Below, in pieces: positions 63,412-64,000 of a stretch of 64,000 nt of DNA. The notes below the pieces were generated by a model, which was given only the letters and a program-made list of their open reading frames with translations, had not been told where the DNA came from and did not search any database. Source of the DNA: a virus (lineage: Duplodnaviria; Caudoviricetes). The position numbers and the translations under genes were made by a program. Position 1 is the stretch's first letter. Each line of letters starts with the position of its first letter. The stretch spans positions 1 to 64,000 of the IMG/VR virus record IMGVR_UViG_3300036958_000855, one strand, 5' to 3'.

Positions 63412-63794
63412 GGGCTGGGATTGTCGTCGGGCTTGGCATCCCCGGTCAACCCCTTCATGGCGTAGAAGTCGTGCACGCGCCTCCACAGCTTCACGGCTTC
63501 GACGAGCGCGCTCGCCTCCTTGCACGCAATCAGCGGGTAGGAGCGCTCCAGGATGTGCACCCACTTGTCCGCGGCTTGGAGCACGAGCACGACAGCGGGG
63601 ACAGTCTCCGGGTCGAGCACGACCATCGCCGTCGGCTCCTCCCCCGTCATGTCCCACTCGACGTCGAGCACGCGGAACGCCGTCGTGTCCCCGTCTTCGC
63701 TTGTACTCAGTACAACCCGCTCCCCTACCCGCGGGAGGCGGGAGAAGTTGCGCCTCGTTATCTCCAGATGGCCCGTCGTGAACGTGACTTGCAT
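63408..63794 (-). CDS. Hypothetical protein
   Basis: LPRVGERV beta-barrel-like N-terminus; ATGA overlap with the next gene. Confidence 0.55.
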   Translation of the reverse strand: MQVTFTTGHLEITRRNFSRLPRVGERVVLSTSEDGDTTAFRVLDVEWDMTGEEPTAMVVLDPETVPAVVLVLQAADKWVHILERSYPLIACKEASALVEAVKLWRRVHDFYAMKGLTGDAKPDDNPSP

Positions 63795-63805
63795 GTTTTC
63801 ACCCC

Positions 63806-63988
63806 TTATCCACTCGTTTTCACAATGAAAGAGCGCGCAGTCCCCTCGTAAGATGCGAGAGCCCCGTGCCCGGCAAGCCTGGCGAGCCCGCAGGCCGCTG
63901 TGAAGTGCTCCTCCGCCACGAAGTACACCGCTACCTGCACGAGAGGCGCTGCCCTGTCGCCCAACGCACGGTGAAGCCTGTCGCTCAC
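63806..63988 (-). CDS. Hypothetical protein
   Basis: 60-aa ORF co-oriented with its neighbours. Confidence 0.35.
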   Translation of the reverse strand: MSDRLHRALGDRAAPLVQVAVYFVAEEHFTAACGLARLAGHGALASYEGTARSFIVKTSG

Positions 63989-64000
63989 CGACCCTGGGCG

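Larger units (their letters stand above)
1..64000. mobile_element. Tailed dsDNA phage/prophage genome segment (contractile tail), both ends open
   Basis: TerL, portal, MuF, protease, capsid, sheath, tube, tape measure, baseplate, endolysin and replication genes in phage-like operons with ATGA/TGATG overlaps; no host housekeeping genes. Confidence 0.96.

Overview
The whole window is one GC-rich (about two-thirds G+C by eye) tailed-phage or prophage genome segment of contractile-tail type. I see no host genes, integrase, repressor, tRNA, rRNA or CRISPR array, and both ends are open. Nearly all genes lie on the minus strand. In transcription order from the right end they are: an SLT-like hydrolase, a candidate small terminase, a Zn/RHH regulator, a 35-aa membrane peptide, a GH25 endolysin and the large terminase. 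About 15 small accessory ORFs follow, then a PBSX-type portal, a 1022-aa MuF protein with a zincin extension, an XkdF-like protease fusion, scaffold, major capsid and neck genes. The tail module is eCIS/T4-gp19-like: sheath, tube, chaperone with a -1 slippery site, tape measure, CIS-tube, LysM, gpD hub, gp5 spike, gp25, gpJ and fibres. The operon ends in a lysis-like cassette containing a papain-family protease. A short plus-strand early operon (8783-13428: HNH, MoxR AAA+, vWA-metallopeptidase, HNH, Holliday resolvase) diverges from a leftward operon (DUF3150/6744-like protein, sigma factor, ParB-like protein, SF2 helicase, initiator, DnaB). The divergence point is a control region bounded by 31-bp inverted repeats. 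A diderm high-GC host such as Myxococcota is an inference only. Family assignments come from motifs recognised by eye, not from database searches.
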